Part shown: positions 60,701-64,000 of the stretch, one piece after another
Layout: every line of letters starts with the position of its first letter
How positions within the stretch are numbered: position 1 is the stretch's first letter
DNA from: Daphnia carinata
Lineage: Eukaryota
Reading direction: 5' to 3'
Length of the DNA stretch: 64,000 nucleotides
Assembly (NCBI RefSeq): GCF_022539665.2
Contig: NC_081333.1
Location: 7,502,001 to 7,566,000 of the forward strand
Translations under genes and position numbers: made by a program
The notes under the pieces: generated by a model
The model's input: the letters and a program-made list of their open reading frames with translations, nothing else
What the model was told of the DNA's origin: nothing
Databases searched by the model: none

Positions 60701-63700
60701 GGGGGGGGGGCGTGGGGGGTATTTACTACACAACTAATCTATCTATCTACACTACACACTAGTGGCTATAATAATATATAGTAAGGCCAATATATAAGGC
60801 GTGTATTAGTAATAAGCCGAAAGCGTTGAAGCTCAGCTTTATATGGACAAAAGGATAAATCTGATGATCTCGGCCCGAGCTAACTACTTCATCGCAACAA
60901 GAGATGGGTGTGTTCAATATATAAGAAAAGGATATACGGGCATGGTATGTGGAGCCGTGCGAAAATGTCGATGCCTCCTCAATGACGTTCAGGGAATGCC
61001 GGGGTTACACAAAAGAAGAAAAAAAAAGATAACAAAAAGGGAAAGAAGACAAGGAAGAATTGAAGCTGTATTCTATATAGTATAGAGTCTAAAGAGGGTG
61101 GGTCCTATAGAGGATACGTAAGCCATCAACGAGAAAGAGAACCCAGGGTGTTGCTAATGCTCTTAACTTTTCAGCTTTTTTTTTTCTGTTCGCGTTGGTC
61201 CTTCTTTTCTTTTCCACATTTTTATTTTCTTTTATGTACCAATTCCTCGTCTTTTCTCTCTAGTAGAAACAACCTATTTAGAAAGTTGCATTTCTTTTTT
61301 GTTGCTGTCTCCTTTTATTTGCTTCTAAAATCCTGAACGGCTCATTCGGGAATTGCTTACGTTTTTACTCGTCCGCCTGTTTTCGTCAGTTCACAAACAG
61401 GCAGTAAAGTAACGAGGGACATGTTACACTACAGATAGGCAAGCCAGAGGAGACTTTGATAGTAGCGCGTGTGCGTATCAGAGGCCTTTCTCAAGAGTCC
61501 GGGCAACAGCTGCAAGATGTCGCACGAAGATGAGCTGATTAGGGCGTTAGCCGCCTTCGATTCGTTTTTATAGTTACAATGGCGGCGCTTTCCAACACCG
61601 TCATCCACCTCACACCATCCACACACACACACCGGATATACAGTATATATTATGCAAGGCTATCCATATCCTTTGCTCTGTTTTGGGGAAGGGAATTTAC
61701 GCAGCCTTCTCTTTATCGGTCTATTCATATTATCCGTCGTGTTCAATTATTCATTCAAATCGTTTTCATGTTCGCTCTTTTTTCGATCGTTCACCGCTAG
61801 CGACTGATGGTAGCGCATTATCCATAGTACATCTAACACCTCCTTTAATTCAACCTTTCGTTCAGTGGTTACGTGTATATATATACATATATATTCAACA
61901 GCAATGTATACGGCCGTTATTTGAACGCCTTCGCTATACGTGGCCTCCCTGTTTTGACGTAATAACGGGGCACGTTCCCGGGAAGGTCACGATGGGGCGG
62001 TTTGCAATGTGGAGGACCTTCCAATAAAAAAAGGTGACCTTATTAGAATAGCGAAGCAACACCCAAGTCGTTTGAATCGCTCCAAAAGGTCCTCCCCCCT
62101 CAAAATTCACCTGTTTTTCACGCTGCGTAATAGTGACCCACTGGGCAATTGTGGATACAGGGGGGGTGGGGGGGGGTGGTAGTTATTTAAGACTGGACCC
62201 CGTTATTTCTATAAACAACGAGCCCAAAAGTTTTCACTACGTGTGACGTACAGTATTAAAAAAAAGAAAACTTTAAGAGCTTGAAGGAGAAGAGGGGTTA
62301 GAGAGAAAGAACAACAGCCTGTGCACAACGGGGTGCGATGGATAACGTTCTATGACATGTCATCAAAAGTTTTTCGAGGCAGAAAAAAAAAGAAAGAAAT
62401 GACTAGAGAATCGCCTGAGTGTCTGTGAACTTTATTTTTTTTCATGCCCTCATTCGTCATCATCTCCGGCTGTTTGTGTGTGTGTGATGTCTGGCGTTAT
62501 TATAATATAGGGTATACAGAGCGCGCACGGAGCCATGGGACGTATAAGCGCATCGACACCTGCAAACTGGCGCAACCGCTCCCTCGGGCCTCATGAATAT
62601 TCGCTTATGCCTTTATCACTTTTTGGCCATTATCGGACATTGTCTGCACGCGTGATGCCATTTCTTTTAGCATCCCGCAACTGACCACCAGCAGCGATCG
62701 TATATTTCAATTCGCAACTACGTGGCTATAATGTATTCTGCATTAAAAGAAAAGGAGAAAGTCAGGCAACAGAGGAATAAAGGGAGTTTTATTCCAAAGT
62801 GAAAATTAAATTACTTAATGAAAACGACACTGACGGTTTGAATTAAGCCGGACGTAACCAAGGCAACGCGAACGCGGCCAAAAAATATAAAAATAAATGA
62901 TGAGGCTTTCTCTTTCTTTTTGTTTTGTAAATTATGCATAGACAATCCTGTTGCGGCAGCTGCGGTTTGAGCTCTTGTTACAAAACCGGTGCACATCGCA
63001 GAACTCATAATAACCCGATCGTTAATAATGAATTTACTACCACCGCTTACTACTGGGGCAAAGTTTCTCCCTTATGGGCAAAGCGAGTCTATATAACGTA
63101 CACGGGTGTAGTAGCCTACACTCAGTTGCGTGCGAGAGCCTAAAAAAAAAATAACAAACAGGCAAAGCGAGGGTGTTCAACAGTTTGCCCCTAGGGTTAT
63201 TTCTCTCACTCCGGCACACACACACACGACCGCTGTATATATATAAAACTGCGATGGCAACATGTGAATCATCATTATATAACCGGTGGTTGATGGTCGC
63301 TCGCACAGGCCACGAGACCTGTGTAAATTGTGTGTACTGTGTACGTATGCTTCAGACGAGAGAGGATACAGGCTTTGCTTTCGGTTATGTATACGTTACG
63401 TATAGGTAAAAAAAAAAGTATAATAACCGCGCCTGAGAATAGATCTAAAATTACCTCTAACATAAAATGGGGAGAAGGACGGGCCAAATGGGGTCCGCGG
63501 GTGGAGGGGGAGGAAAGAAGAGGGATATACTTTTCGTTAGAATGAAGGGGCAAAAAAAAAAAGAACTCGGGTTGATTGCATTGCGTGCTGTCCACAATCT
63601 CCCCCCTCCTCACCGTTAGACAATTAAAGTGAGGCTATATAGATGGCAGAGAAGGAGGAGATGGTATTTTCCAAAAAAAAAAAAGAAAAAAGAAAGGGAG

Positions 63701-64000
63701 AAAGTGAACGAGTTATAAAGCCCTCCATCTTTTTCGCATTGCTCGGCATGTATATACCTTTCGTTTGCTGGGTGGCCGTGGTGGCTGGGATACTTATGCA
63801 GTATAGATCTCTATTATGCTAGATCCAACACAGCTCTGGCAATAACAACCTGGTTTCGTGCCAAGAAGTCCATGTATAAACCCAAGAGAAATAATAAAAA
63901 GAAAAGAACAAGTTGAGAAAGAACGAAAAAAAAAGAAGTGAACAAGAAGATCAAGCGTTCGATCAAAGCTGCTAAGGCACTTGTGCGCTGTTGCTGCTTT

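Noticed and set aside
1..64000. tRNA, rRNA, pre-miRNA, transposase or reverse-transcriptase genes
   Set aside because: None recognised by eye; tRNAscan-SE, Infernal/Rfam and BLASTX would be needed to exclude them formally.

Overview
Eukaryotic (animal) genomic DNA. The very high density of A/T homopolymers, poly-G/C runs and dinucleotide microsatellites resembles a compact arthropod genome such as Daphnia; this is a stylistic inference only. The only well-supported gene is a two-exon scratch-family (Snail superfamily) C2H2 zinc-finger repressor on the minus strand (CDS 54413-54164 joined to 53116-51303, 687 aa). It has an N-terminal SNAG motif, a PQDLS CtBP motif, the Scratch domain and five zinc fingers. 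About 50 kb downstream and 9 kb upstream show no credible coding sequence and look like a developmental-gene regulatory landscape. The most unusual non-coding structure is a pair of related AT-rich repeat loci at ~26.4-26.6 kb and ~37.0-37.4 kb. They share a ~150 bp block in inverted orientation and 14-bp TCGGGCTTA tandem arrays, and are probably remnants of an unrecognised DNA-transposon family. I found no evidence of a novel multi-gene system; the remaining findings are regulatory or protein-motif hypotheses.
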